Source: an uncultured Candidatus Saccharibacteria bacterium (GTDB lineage: Bacteria; Patescibacteriota; WWE3; UBA101185; UBA10185). Taken from it: a DNA stretch of 64,000 bases. Positions 29,633 to 39,070 of this stretch are shown here, piece after piece. Under the pieces are notes generated by a model, which was not told the origin of the DNA, did not search any database, and was given only the letters and a program-made list of their open reading frames with translations. Made by a program: the position numbers and the translations under genes. The DNA is taken from assembly GCA_964434935.1 (NCBI GenBank), contig CAYSWS010000002.1, positions 8,320 through 72,319 of the forward strand, in the 5' to 3' direction. Numbering within the stretch: position 1 is the stretch's first letter; each line of letters starts with the position of its first letter.

Positions 29633-31382
29633 TCTTCCAGGGATTTATAACGCTTTTTTTAGGATTTTTCTCGGCATATATAATTGACTGGGTGTGCAAT
29701 TCTCCGTTCAGATCTTCGAACCGTAACGTATCTTGCTTTTTAGGCAAGCTGAGTGACCTGACCTCAAAAGGCAGCAAGGTTTTACCTTCCAGGTTATAAA
29801 TGTAGGTTCCACCTTCGTTTTTCAAATAATATTTTTTATAACCGGCTAAGAGATAAAGAGGATTGAGAGTGAACCTTTTATAAAGGCTGACCAAATGGTC
29901 GAACTCCGCGTCGGCGGCATTTTCCGAGATAGCAACCTCCACTAGCTTTTTATTGTCCTCCAGACGGTAAAAACCGGCCGGCAGGGGTCTTTCCGAATCC
30001 GCACCCTTGATGACAAAAGCAAAGTGACTGTTGTCCAATTTAGAAAAGAAATCAAGTTGAGAAGTGTTGCCCCAGGTGGGGTCAACGGGCACCCAGCCGA
30101 AATTAGGATCATAATATTCAGGCCAGGCATGAAGTAAATCTCCGGATCTTAATTTTATGGACAGAGGCAAATTGACGTTTTGATAAACATTCACAGCGTA
30201 CCCATTCAACTCTCTGGCGGGTATACCTAGCGCTCTGGCCAAAGTGATAAAGAGATCGGTGAATTCCATGCAGGCGGCCGGAACTTCTTTATTGAGGGCT
30301 TTTAGAGCTCCACCCCTTTGCAAATAATCATTATTTATGACATCAAAATCATAATTAAGTGCATTGACTGTAAATGTATAGACCAGTTGAGCGTTTTGTG
30401 ACACGTTCAGTTCTTTATCTAAGATCTTGTTCTTTAAGTTTTGTATGAGCGGATCGTTGACCTCCCAGTATTTTTCCGCTCCGGTGTACCTTTCCACCAG
30501 ATCTTTGGGTATGTCATTGAAGGCTCCTCCCAACTCACTATTTATCTGCTTGCCTATGAGCCTGACTGAACCCGTTAATACCACCTCAAGCTTTGATCTT
30601 GGCCTGAGGACATACTGGGCTATCAGATTACCGTCCTTGTCCTCATAGACTTTGACCGGCTCAGGTTCGATCTTTTTATGGTGCACTTGCTGCAAATTCC
30701 TGATATCAGGCGGCAGGGCAATTTCCTGAATGCCGGCAAAAAAGGAAGTATTTTCCAGCTGGTAGGTCAACTTGTAATTTAACACCTGATACTTCCCGAA
30801 ACTGGCAGAAATGCCTTTATTTTCCAACCCCTCTTTAGTAAAGGTGTACTGGGTCCTGCTGCTTTCCGGGTTGATGAGCTTGGGTTCAGGTGTGATGAAA
30901 ATATTTGGTCCAAAGGAGGTGGGTACTGAAAGTATCACTTCATATTCACGAATGACATCCAGATCGGCTATTTTGGGTATGCGCACGGTATAGATCTCGC
31001 CGATCTTGGTAGCAATGTCCTTGGTCTTATATTTTAAGGTGAACTTATTGCTTCTGCTCTTGCCGATGACGTTTTCGTTAAAAAGGACCTTAATGATGTT
31101 TTGATCGTTGTTAATCTCATTCACGATCTCCATGGGACCGATCTCGTCCCGGGCCGAAAGATCGTATACCTGCATTTGCTTGAGTGTCAAAGAATAGTTA
31201 GTGGCAATAACATCATCTTTTAGGTTTGTTATGGTGATGTCCTGGGTTACAAAGGTTTCACTATTGGGTTGGACATCATATAAGACACTGAATTCGGTTT
31301 TGAACTCGTCAGCGGCCATGGTTTTGGTACCAAACATTACTGAGCATGCCAAAATAAACAAAACCAGCCATTTTCTTTTCAT
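29487..31382 (-). CDS. Exported transglutaminase-like domain protein with C-terminal TM
   Basis: Signal peptide; ACMEF, LARALGIPAR, HAW, VDPTW catalytic triad. Confidence 0.88.
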   Translation of the reverse strand: MKRKWLVLFILACSVMFGTKTMAADEFKTEFSVLYDVQPNSETFVTQDITITNLKDDVIATNYSLTLKQMQVYDLSARDEIGPMEIVNEINNDQNIIKVLFNENVIGKSRSNKFTLKYKTKDIATKIGEIYTVRIPKIADLDVIREYEVILSVPTSFGPNIFITPEPKLINPESSRTQYTFTKEGLENKGISASFGKYQVLNYKLTYQLENTSFFAGIQEIALPPDIRNLQQVHHKKIEPEPVKVYEDKDGNLIAQYVLRPRSKLEVVLTGSVRLIGKQINSELGGAFNDIPKDLVERYTGAEKYWEVNDPLIQNLKNKILDKELNVSQNAQLVYTFTVNALNYDFDVINNDYLQRGGALKALNKEVPAACMEFTDLFITLARALGIPARELNGYAVNVYQNVNLPLSIKLRSGDLLHAWPEYYDPNFGWVPVDPTWGNTSQLDFFSKLDNSHFAFVIKGADSERPLPAGFYRLEDNKKLVEVAISENAADAEFDHLVSLYKRFTLNPLYLLAGYKKYYLKNEGGTYIYNLEGKTLLPFEVRSLSLPKKQDTLRFEDLNGELHTQSIIYAEKNPKKSVINPWKIIFSIALGLGLCSFAYYFLVVKGYRKKLSLHLQSRLRVPGLPRNRNSK

Positions 31383-31431
31383 GAATATCATTTTACAACA
31401 CATCTTCAGACTGCGATGTTAAAATTAGCCC

Positions 31432-32757
31432 ATGCGTGAAGACGTGATAAACAAAGTTAAGGAGTTACCTCGAGAACCGGGGGTATATTTGTTCAAGAAT
31501 TCCCAAGGCACCATTATTTACGTAGGCAAGGCCAAGAGATTAAAAAATAGGGTCTCTTCTTACTTTCAAAAAACCATTTCCCTGGAACCCAAGACCAAGG
31601 TCATGGTCAGCAAGATCAGTGATATGGAGATAATCCGCACAGCCTCGGAATTGGAGGCTCTCATCCTGGAAGCCGAACTCATAAAAAAGCACAAACCACG
31701 CTACAACATAATTTACAAGGATGATAAATCTCATCTTTATATTGTAGAAAGAAAAGATAATTTAAAAATAGGGGGTAAAGTGGTCAAACTATCAAAAGTG
31801 ATAACAGCCAGAAAAACTGACCTGAAGAAAAATGATATCAAATTCGGTCCATATACAAATAGCCGCACGACCAAACAGATACTACGTACATTAAGAAAGA
31901 TCTTTCCTTTCAGGGATTGTTCACCGGCTAAGTTTTACAGATATCAGAAGATAGACAAGCCTTGTTTATACGGCCATTTGGGTCTTTGCCCGGCACCTTG
32001 CTTATCCGGGGCTGACTTGGAAAAGAGCAAAAAAGAACTCATAAGATTGAAAAAATTCTTACGAGGTAAAAGTTCAAGCATCATCAACGAATACGAGAAG
32101 CTAATGGCAGAAGCGGCCAAGCACAAAGATTACGAGCAGGCCGCAGATTATAGGGATATGCTCAGGAGGTTCGAATATATCAGAGCCAGCTTCAAACCGG
32201 CCCAGCAATATATGGAAAATCCTAACTTGTTCCAAGACATGGCGCAAAGATCTTTACGGGAGTTGAGAGATAGTATACCTATTTTGGATAAGCTGCCCGT
32301 AAAAATAGAGTGTTATGACATTTCCAACATTTCCGGCCATGAGGCTGTCGGATCTTTAGTTGTCAGCAAGAATGGCAGTCTAAATAGTGACGAATACAAA
32401 AAGTTCAGGATCAAATTGAAGTCGGAGCCGGATGATGTGGGTATGATGGCGGAAGTGCTGTCAAGAAGATTAAAGAACAAAAAGTGGGAACTTCCGGATC
32501 TCATAGTTTTGGATGGAGGGAAGGGACAGGTGTCTGCTATAGAGGCGGTATTGAAGGATAACGGTCTCAAGATCCCGCTGGTGGGTCTAGCCAAAAGAAA
32601 AGAAACACTGATATTTTTGCAGGGTGGAGAATTTATGAAGCTTCAACTTCCAGAGGACAACGAAGGTTTAAAACTCATCATCAGATTGAGAGACGAAGCC
32701 CATCGTTTTGCTCAAAGTTATCACCATTATTTAAGACGTAAAAAAATTCAAGTATAA
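31432..32757 (+). CDS. uvrC: Excinuclease ABC subunit C (short, no C-terminal HhH)
   Basis: PGVY..YVGKA..L..RV GIY-YIG, CYDISN, DGGKGQ, RDEAHRFA. Confidence 0.92.
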   Translation: MREDVINKVKELPREPGVYLFKNSQGTIIYVGKAKRLKNRVSSYFQKTISLEPKTKVMVSKISDMEIIRTASELEALILEAELIKKHKPRYNIIYKDDKSHLYIVERKDNLKIGGKVVKLSKVITARKTDLKKNDIKFGPYTNSRTTKQILRTLRKIFPFRDCSPAKFYRYQKIDKPCLYGHLGLCPAPCLSGADLEKSKKELIRLKKFLRGKSSSIINEYEKLMAEAAKHKDYEQAADYRDMLRRFEYIRASFKPAQQYMENPNLFQDMAQRSLRELRDSIPILDKLPVKIECYDISNISGHEAVGSLVVSKNGSLNSDEYKKFRIKLKSEPDDVGMMAEVLSRRLKNKKWELPDLIVLDGGKGQVSAIEAVLKDNGLKIPLVGLAKRKETLIFLQGGEFMKLQLPEDNEGLKLIIRLRDEAHRFAQSYHHYLRRKKIQV

Positions 32758-32764
32758 TGTTTTA

Positions 32765-33178
32765 GTGTTAAAGTCATTAATTAGATTATCGCTGTTTATT
32801 ACTATTTCCCTTAATATTACTCAATACATCATTGGCTGTTTTTCTTTCGATCATCCCAGCGCCATCATCTTGTTCATCATGGGTTTGACCCTTTTATATA
32901 TGTTCATGCGCCCCTTACTCATTCTCATCTCCTTGCCCAATGAAGGACCGGGCTACATTTTCATGAGTTTTATCTTAACCGCCATCACCGTCTATGTTCT
33001 TACTTTGTTCATACCGTTCTTTAAGATCAGATCCGCCACCATATCCGAGTTGATGTTTTTTGGCTATGTGTTACCATCTAAGCAATTGAGCGTGGCCTGG
33101 TCGATGGTATTTTCTTCGCTTCTCATAGCGGTTTTAATGGTATTTTTTAATTGGATCTGCGAAAGCAGAAAAAGATAA
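32765..33178 (+). CDS. 4-TM membrane protein, YvlD/phage holin-like family
   Basis: Hydrophobic; RPLLILISLP motif; next to secG. Confidence 0.6.
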   Translation: MLKSLIRLSLFITISLNITQYIIGCFSFDHPSAIILFIMGLTLLYMFMRPLLILISLPNEGPGYIFMSFILTAITVYVLTLFIPFFKIRSATISELMFFGYVLPSKQLSVAWSMVFSSLLIAVLMVFFNWICESRKR

Positions 33179-33179
33179 T

Positions 33180-33398
33180 ATGTATAGGATCTTGCAAATA
33201 ACACATATCATAATGTCCGTGGCTGTAGTAGGACTGGTCCTGATCCAATCCAAAGGTGGGGGTTTTGCTTCTGGGATCGGAAATTCCATAGGATTTTATA
33301 GGTCTCGTCGAGGATTGGAAAAGCTTGTCTTCATTCTCACCATAATCATTGCTATTTTAGTGGTGGCAAATTCTCTGCTCTTAGTTCTGCTAAGCTGA
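33180..33398 (+). CDS. secG: Preprotein translocase subunit SecG
   Basis: VLIQSKGGG...RRGLEK with two TMs. Confidence 0.9.
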   Translation: MYRILQITHIIMSVAVVGLVLIQSKGGGFASGIGNSIGFYRSRRGLEKLVFILTIIIAILVVANSLLLVLLS

Positions 33399-33399
33399 T

Positions 33400-34728
33400 A
33401 TGTCAACATACATCATCGAAGGGGCCCATCAACTTGAGGGCACCATAAAACCGTCAGGTAGCAAAGATGCCGCCGTAAAACTACTATCTGCCTCATTACT
33501 ATCAAATGAAGATATTGTGCTGGAAAATGTCCCTAGAACATCGGATATTGAACTAATGATAGAGATCATAAAAGCGGTTGGAGGTACTATTTCCTGGATA
33601 GGCGATAACAAACTAAGTATTAACGGCTCAACAGTAAAAACGCACATCATACCCTTTGATATTGGGTCCAAAAGCCGCTTCGCCCTGCTACTGGCAGGAC
33701 CGTTGCTGTTTAGATTCGGCAAGGCAACACTACCCAGGACTTTAAGTGCATCTAGTAAGCCCCAGCCTATCAATAGGTGGATAGATACTTGGAAGGCTTT
33801 AGGAAATGATGTGGAGACCGATAAAGAACATATATATTTGGAGGCAAAGGAACAATACGGTACTGCGGTGAATTTTAAGATCAGCACCCATATGGGAACA
33901 GCCAACGCCCTCCTAACCGCCGCTTTTACTCCCGGACAAACAGTTATTACAAATGCTGCTGAAGAAAGTGAGATAGACGATCTCATAGAATTTCTTAATG
34001 TCATAGGCGGACAGGCAGAGAGGTTCGAGCCCAGAAAGATCAGGGTTATTGGCCGTAATGTTTTTACCAAGGGGTATTTTGAGATCCAGCCGGATATTAT
34101 TGAAACAGTAGCTTTTGCTACGGCCGCCTTGGTGACAAAAGGCAGCATTGTCATAAAGGGCATCAAGAAACTTCACTTAACTTCGTTTGTAAATTTTCTC
34201 ACTAACATAGGAGCTAGGTTCGAATACGACCGTGAGCAGATGTGCGTGTGGTACGGGGGAGAGGAATTCCAGCCTCTTAAGCTGGAAAGCGCTCCAGCTC
34301 CGGGATTTTTAGCGGACTGGCTTCCCTTTGCTGCCACACTGCTTACTTTTGCTCAAGGGGAAAGCTACATCCACGATACCATCTTTGTGGACAGATTCGG
34401 CTTTGCTCAGGATCTCAACCGCATGGGTGCCGATATAAGTTTGAAAAAACCTACTGAGGTGGGTTTCCAGGTTGTCATCAGCGATGAATCCTATGACTAT
34501 GAGAAATTGGGCGAACCCAATTCGGTTTTGGAGATATGTGGACCCACCAAGCTTAGAGGTATACGGCTGAACATGGATGATGAAAGGTTCAATTCGGCTT
34601 TGGTCATTGCTGCTCTTGGCGCCGAAGGAAGGAACGAGCTCATAGGTGTGGAAGAAATGTTTGTTAGATATGAGAATTTCTTTGAGAAATTAGGTAGTTT
34701 AGGGGCCGTTATTTCTTCGAACCCATGA
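33400..34728 (+). CDS. murA: MurA-like enolpyruvyl transferase homolog (degenerate active site)
   Basis: Colinear with MurA (GSK, GPL..RFG, NAA.E.EI, PGF..D, RF..L.RMGA), but the LPGGC.IG.RP loop is replaced. Confidence 0.75.
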   Translation: MSTYIIEGAHQLEGTIKPSGSKDAAVKLLSASLLSNEDIVLENVPRTSDIELMIEIIKAVGGTISWIGDNKLSINGSTVKTHIIPFDIGSKSRFALLLAGPLLFRFGKATLPRTLSASSKPQPINRWIDTWKALGNDVETDKEHIYLEAKEQYGTAVNFKISTHMGTANALLTAAFTPGQTVITNAAEESEIDDLIEFLNVIGGQAERFEPRKIRVIGRNVFTKGYFEIQPDIIETVAFATAALVTKGSIVIKGIKKLHLTSFVNFLTNIGARFEYDREQMCVWYGGEEFQPLKLESAPAPGFLADWLPFAATLLTFAQGESYIHDTIFVDRFGFAQDLNRMGADISLKKPTEVGFQVVISDESYDYEKLGEPNSVLEICGPTKLRGIRLNMDDERFNSALVIAALGAEGRNELIGVEEMFVRYENFFEKLGSLGAVISSNP

Positions 34729-35903
34729 AAGACACAAAAAACAGTTCTTATAAATCTTTCCTCTTGGTAATTTTTTCTCTGCTGGTGTTCGGATTATTTA
34801 TCATTTACAATTCTACGGCTTATTTTGCTCAATCCACCTTCGGCAATCCTTTCAAATTTGTCATGCTGCAGCTGGTTTGGATATTGGTAGGCCTCCTGGG
34901 TTTTGTATTTTTTTCTAAGTTTGATTACAGGAAGTTAGGCAACGTTTCATTTTTGCTTTTTGTATCAAGCATTGGGTTCTTACTGTTCTTGGCTTTCATC
35001 GGCTTATTTTTATGCCGAACTCCTGAAGATGCTGGTATAATCTTTGCCCCCTGCATAAACGGGGCTAGCCGCTGGTTCTACCTCAACCCCGAGCCTCTGC
35101 CGGCGCTACCTTTTCTTGGTGTTTTAGGGTTTCAACCTGTCGCTCTGGCAAAGTTAGCCCTGGTACTATATTTATCCACGCAGTTAAGTAAGTTTGAAAA
35201 TAGAAAAAGTTTTGGATATGATCCATTCATTGTCTATCTTGTCACGGTCATGATATTTTCTATTCTATTAATTCTGCAACCCAATATGTCAAATGCTGTG
35301 CTCATCTTTTTTATAGGCAGCATTATCTATTTTGTATCCGGCTACCCGCTAGTACCCATTTTGATCTCTACTCCAATTTTGAGTTTAGTAGGGACCGTAT
35401 TGATCTTCACATCAGAATACAGAAGAGAGCGCTTGTTAACTTTACTGGGGTTAACACCTGCAGGTGGAAATGAGGCCGGTTATCATATACAGCAAGTGCT
35501 GATCGCCTTGGGCTCAGGAGGGTTGCTGGGCTTAGGTTTTGGTCAATCACGGCAAAAATACCAATATTTGCCGGAAGTGGCCTCGGATTCAATATTTGCC
35601 ATTATAGGCGAGGAGTTTGGCTTCATGGGTACAACAGTAGTGATCTTGGTCTTTGCTTATTTGCTGCACATGGGCTTGAACATAGCTAAGAATGCTCCTG
35701 ATATGTTGGGGAGGATGCTGGCGGTGGGTATCACTTCGTGGATTGGGATGCAGTTTTTTATAAATATTGCCGCCATGACCAGGCTCATACCTTTGACAGG
35801 CATGCCCATACCTTTGATATCTTATGGTGGTTCGAGCATGGTCTTTACGCTCATGGGCTTGGGGGTTTTGAATAATATTCGCAGACAAACAAAAGAGTCA
35901 TAA
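34725..35903 (+). CDS. ftsW: SEDS protein FtsW
   Basis: GASRW, QPN, GSGG..G.G.GQS.QK..YLPE..SD.IF, EEFG, ISYGGSS; precedes murG. Confidence 0.92.
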   Translation: MKDTKNSSYKSFLLVIFSLLVFGLFIIYNSTAYFAQSTFGNPFKFVMLQLVWILVGLLGFVFFSKFDYRKLGNVSFLLFVSSIGFLLFLAFIGLFLCRTPEDAGIIFAPCINGASRWFYLNPEPLPALPFLGVLGFQPVALAKLALVLYLSTQLSKFENRKSFGYDPFIVYLVTVMIFSILLILQPNMSNAVLIFFIGSIIYFVSGYPLVPILISTPILSLVGTVLIFTSEYRRERLLTLLGLTPAGGNEAGYHIQQVLIALGSGGLLGLGFGQSRQKYQYLPEVASDSIFAIIGEEFGFMGTTVVILVFAYLLHMGLNIAKNAPDMLGRMLAVGITSWIGMQFFINIAAMTRLIPLTGMPIPLISYGGSSMVFTLMGLGVLNNIRRQTKES

Positions 35904-35921
35904 TTTCTGCTAGAATCAGTA

Positions 35922-37022
35922 ATGATGAATACTATAGTGATCACAGGCGGACATCATAGTTCAGCTTTGCCCGTCATCGACGAATTAAAGAAAAGGTATC
36001 CCAATATAAACATGTATTGGTTTGGGCATAAAAAGACACTACCGGGAAGCAAGAACACTACTTTAGAATTTAGGGAGATACAAGAATTGCACATTCCTTT
36101 TTACGATCTTAAAGCCGGTAAATTTTACAGAACTTTCAATCCGTTCAGATTGATAAAGATCCCGGTAGGTTTTTTCCAAGCCCTATTTTTACTAAAAAAG
36201 ATAAAACCTGATGTTATTCTTTCTTTTGGCGGTTATTTGGCTGTGCCGGTCGTTCTTGCCGGATGGCTTTTGGGCATTCCTACCGTAACTCATGAACAAA
36301 CGGTGACCGCCGGATATGCCAATAAGTTGATCAGTAGGTTAGCTAAAAAAGTTTTATGTGCCTGGCCGCAGTCTATGGACGATCTGCCCCTGGAAAAAGC
36401 TGTTCTTACCGGACTACCTATTAGAAAAGAAGTGTTTATGAGAAATAACAAGGATTTTAATATCCAGAACAGGAAACCCACCATCTTCATAACTGCCGGT
36501 AAGACGGGCTCGCATATCATTAATCTGGCTGTGCAAAAGATCATGCCGGATCTGCTGCAGATAGCCAATGTTATACATCAAGCGGGTGACTATTCAAAAT
36601 ATAATGATTTTGACAAGTTAAGCGAAGAATACGAAAAAATAAAAACAAAGGTTGAGGGAGTTTATTATTTAAGAAAGTATATTTTTGCCGATACTATTGG
36701 CGATGCCTATGGAAATGCCTCTTTGGTCATCTCCAGAGCCGGTGCCCATACATGCATGGAAGTTATGATCCTGGGCAAGCCGAGCATACTCGTGCCCATA
36801 TCTTGGGCTTCTCATAATGAGCAATATAAAAATGCTCTTATGGTCAAGGAACTGGGGTTGGCGGAAATTGTAAATGAGGACAAGATAAAAGATGAGAAAT
36901 ATTTTTTGCAGGTCATCAAAGAAGTCTTGGATAATCTTGAGCAGTATGTTTATAAGCAGCCTTTCGAAAAAAATTTGCAAGCCGCCAAACTAATAGTTGA
37001 TGAAATCGTCAAGATCCTCTAA
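35922..37022 (+). CDS. murG: Lipid II synthase MurG
   Basis: TGGH, FGGY, HEQ, GLPIR, SRAGA, EQYKNA. Confidence 0.92.
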   Translation: MMNTIVITGGHHSSALPVIDELKKRYPNINMYWFGHKKTLPGSKNTTLEFREIQELHIPFYDLKAGKFYRTFNPFRLIKIPVGFFQALFLLKKIKPDVILSFGGYLAVPVVLAGWLLGIPTVTHEQTVTAGYANKLISRLAKKVLCAWPQSMDDLPLEKAVLTGLPIRKEVFMRNNKDFNIQNRKPTIFITAGKTGSHIINLAVQKIMPDLLQIANVIHQAGDYSKYNDFDKLSEEYEKIKTKVEGVYYLRKYIFADTIGDAYGNASLVISRAGAHTCMEVMILGKPSILVPISWASHNEQYKNALMVKELGLAEIVNEDKIKDEKYFLQVIKEVLDNLEQYVYKQPFEKNLQAAKLIVDEIVKIL

Positions 37023-37791
37023 AAAAAGCCAAAGAATAAGAAAACACCGGGCATCACGCTTTAAGTATCTTTCCCGGAAATATGTTCCGATGCTGGTTTT
37101 TATCCTCAAAATGACAGTAATTCTTGTTATTTTGGCAGGTGCCGTCTATTTTATTCTCTTCTCCTCTTTGTTTAGCATCAACGTGATTTACGTTGAAGGC
37201 ACACGTGAATTTGTAAATAAGGAGGATGTGAGATTAATGTCGGAAAATAATGCTTTAGGACATAATATTTTTAAATTTGATGAAGCGCAGCTATCAGAAA
37301 AGCTGAGCAACAATCTATTGGGAGCCAGATCCTACTTAGTAAAAAAAGAACTTCCGCATACCATTAGAATAGTAGTGAATGAGAGAATACCTATAGCCGT
37401 GTTGTATAAAGAGAACGACGCCAGTTATTTTGTCGATGAAGACGGCTACGTTCTAGGATATGCCGATGACAACACGGAAGGGCTGCCTAAGATCCAATAT
37501 GACAAAGAGATAAAGGCGGGGCTGTTCATAGATAAGAATCTGGTGCCGGTTTATTTGGAATTGACCAGGCTTTTAAAAGAAGAAGATGTTAAGGTGACCA
37601 GTATGAGCTTTTCCGCCAAACATGTTAACCTCTACTTGGAGAATGAGGTGGAGGTGTTGGTAGGAAATGAGAAGAACAAGCAAGAAGCGCTAAAAACAGT
37701 GGCAGCTCTATTAAAAGAAGCTGTTATCGAACATAAAGAAATACGGCGCATTGATATGAGATATGATAAAGTTATAGTATTATTTAAGTGA
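37000..37791 (+). CDS. ftsQ: Cell division protein FtsQ/DivIB
   Basis: TM, POTRA (LP.TI.I.V.ER.P), C-terminal IDMRY; located before ftsA. Confidence 0.85.
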   Translation: MKSSRSSKKSQRIRKHRASRFKYLSRKYVPMLVFILKMTVILVILAGAVYFILFSSLFSINVIYVEGTREFVNKEDVRLMSENNALGHNIFKFDEAQLSEKLSNNLLGARSYLVKKELPHTIRIVVNERIPIAVLYKENDASYFVDEDGYVLGYADDNTEGLPKIQYDKEIKAGLFIDKNLVPVYLELTRLLKEEDVKVTSMSFSAKHVNLYLENEVEVLVGNEKNKQEALKTVAALLKEAVIEHKEIRRIDMRYDKVIVLFK

Positions 37792-37801
37792 TTTTCTAAA
37801 T

Positions 37802-39058
37802 ATGGCAAAAGAAAGAATCATTACCGGTATAGATGTAGGTTCGACTAAGATTGCTACGACTGTAGCCGTGGTGGACGATAAAAAAGTATCTGTCATAGGT
37901 GTTTCAGGCAATGTTGAGTCAAAGGGTATAAAAAAGGGTTTCGTCAGCAAAATAGACGGCGCCGTAGAAGCCATAGCCAATAGTTTGGAAAGAGCCGAAA
38001 GGATGGCCGGTGTATCAGTTTCCTCAGCCTTTGTGACCGTCAATGGTAGCCATATTGAGACCAGGAATTCTCACGGGGTGGTGGCTGTTTCGCCTCATTT
38101 GAGTTCGGAGATAACCCCTGAGGATGTGGCCAGAGTGACGGAAGCCGCCCAAGCCATCTCACTGCCTTCGTCTCGGGAGATCATCCATGTTCTTCCTCGT
38201 GATTTCATTGTTGATTCTCAGGATGGCATAAAAGATCCGGTGGGTATGACCGGAAACAGGCTGGAAGTGGAGACCAACATCATCCACGGCTTATCAACTG
38301 CTATTATCAACTTGACCAAATGTATCGAACAAGTGGGGGTCAGCGTGGATGAGCTAATTTATACCGGGATCGCTTCGGCTGAGTCTGTGCTTACCGATAC
38401 GGAGAAAGAGCTTGGTACATTGCTGGTAGATATCGGCGGAGGCACCACTTCAGTTATAGCTTATTTGGAAGGCAGTCCTATATTTTCTTCTGTCATACCC
38501 GTGGGAGCTAAGTACATTACCAACGACCTGGCCGTAGGCTTAAGGGTACGCATGGAGGATGCGGAGAGCATAAAACTTAAACTGAGCAATGAATACGCGC
38601 TGCAAGCAAAAAAACAGCTCGAACAGACAGACGATGAATTTGATGTGTCTGATCTGAATCTCGAGGCTGAAAGTATTTCCAAGAAGGTTTTATATAGGAT
38701 CATTGATGCCAGATTGGAAGAGATATTCAGCTTAGTGGCTTTGGAGATTGCCAAAGCTAACGTCAAGGGTAAACTTCCTGCTGGTACGGTTGTTACCGGT
38801 GGTGGAGCGCTTACAGCCGGTATGGAAAGAGTTGTAGGAAACGTCTTAAAGACGTCGGTTAGGATAGGCAAGCCCTCCGGAGTGACCGGATTGATAGATG
38901 AGATCCAAGGCCCGCAGTCGGCTGCCACAGTAGGAGCTGTTTTATATGGAGCCCACTTGTATAGGAGCGGTTCCATATTGTCTTTAGAGAAAAATCGCGG
39001 TAATATATCTAGTAAGATTAGTACAATCTTTAGTAAATTAAAAAACTTCCTGCCCTAA
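37802..39058 (+). CDS. ftsA: Cell division protein FtsA
   Basis: GIDVGSTKI, DIGGGTT, ITNDL, TGGG. Confidence 0.96.
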   Translation: MAKERIITGIDVGSTKIATTVAVVDDKKVSVIGVSGNVESKGIKKGFVSKIDGAVEAIANSLERAERMAGVSVSSAFVTVNGSHIETRNSHGVVAVSPHLSSEITPEDVARVTEAAQAISLPSSREIIHVLPRDFIVDSQDGIKDPVGMTGNRLEVETNIIHGLSTAIINLTKCIEQVGVSVDELIYTGIASAESVLTDTEKELGTLLVDIGGGTTSVIAYLEGSPIFSSVIPVGAKYITNDLAVGLRVRMEDAESIKLKLSNEYALQAKKQLEQTDDEFDVSDLNLEAESISKKVLYRIIDARLEEIFSLVALEIAKANVKGKLPAGTVVTGGGALTAGMERVVGNVLKTSVRIGKPSGVTGLIDEIQGPQSAATVGAVLYGAHLYRSGSILSLEKNRGNISSKISTIFSKLKNFLP

Positions 39059-39070
39059 GTAAAAGTTAAT

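Noticed and set aside
32765-33178. Prophage marked by a holin
   Set aside because: YvlD-like membrane protein in a housekeeping context (uvrC, secG), with no phage genes nearby
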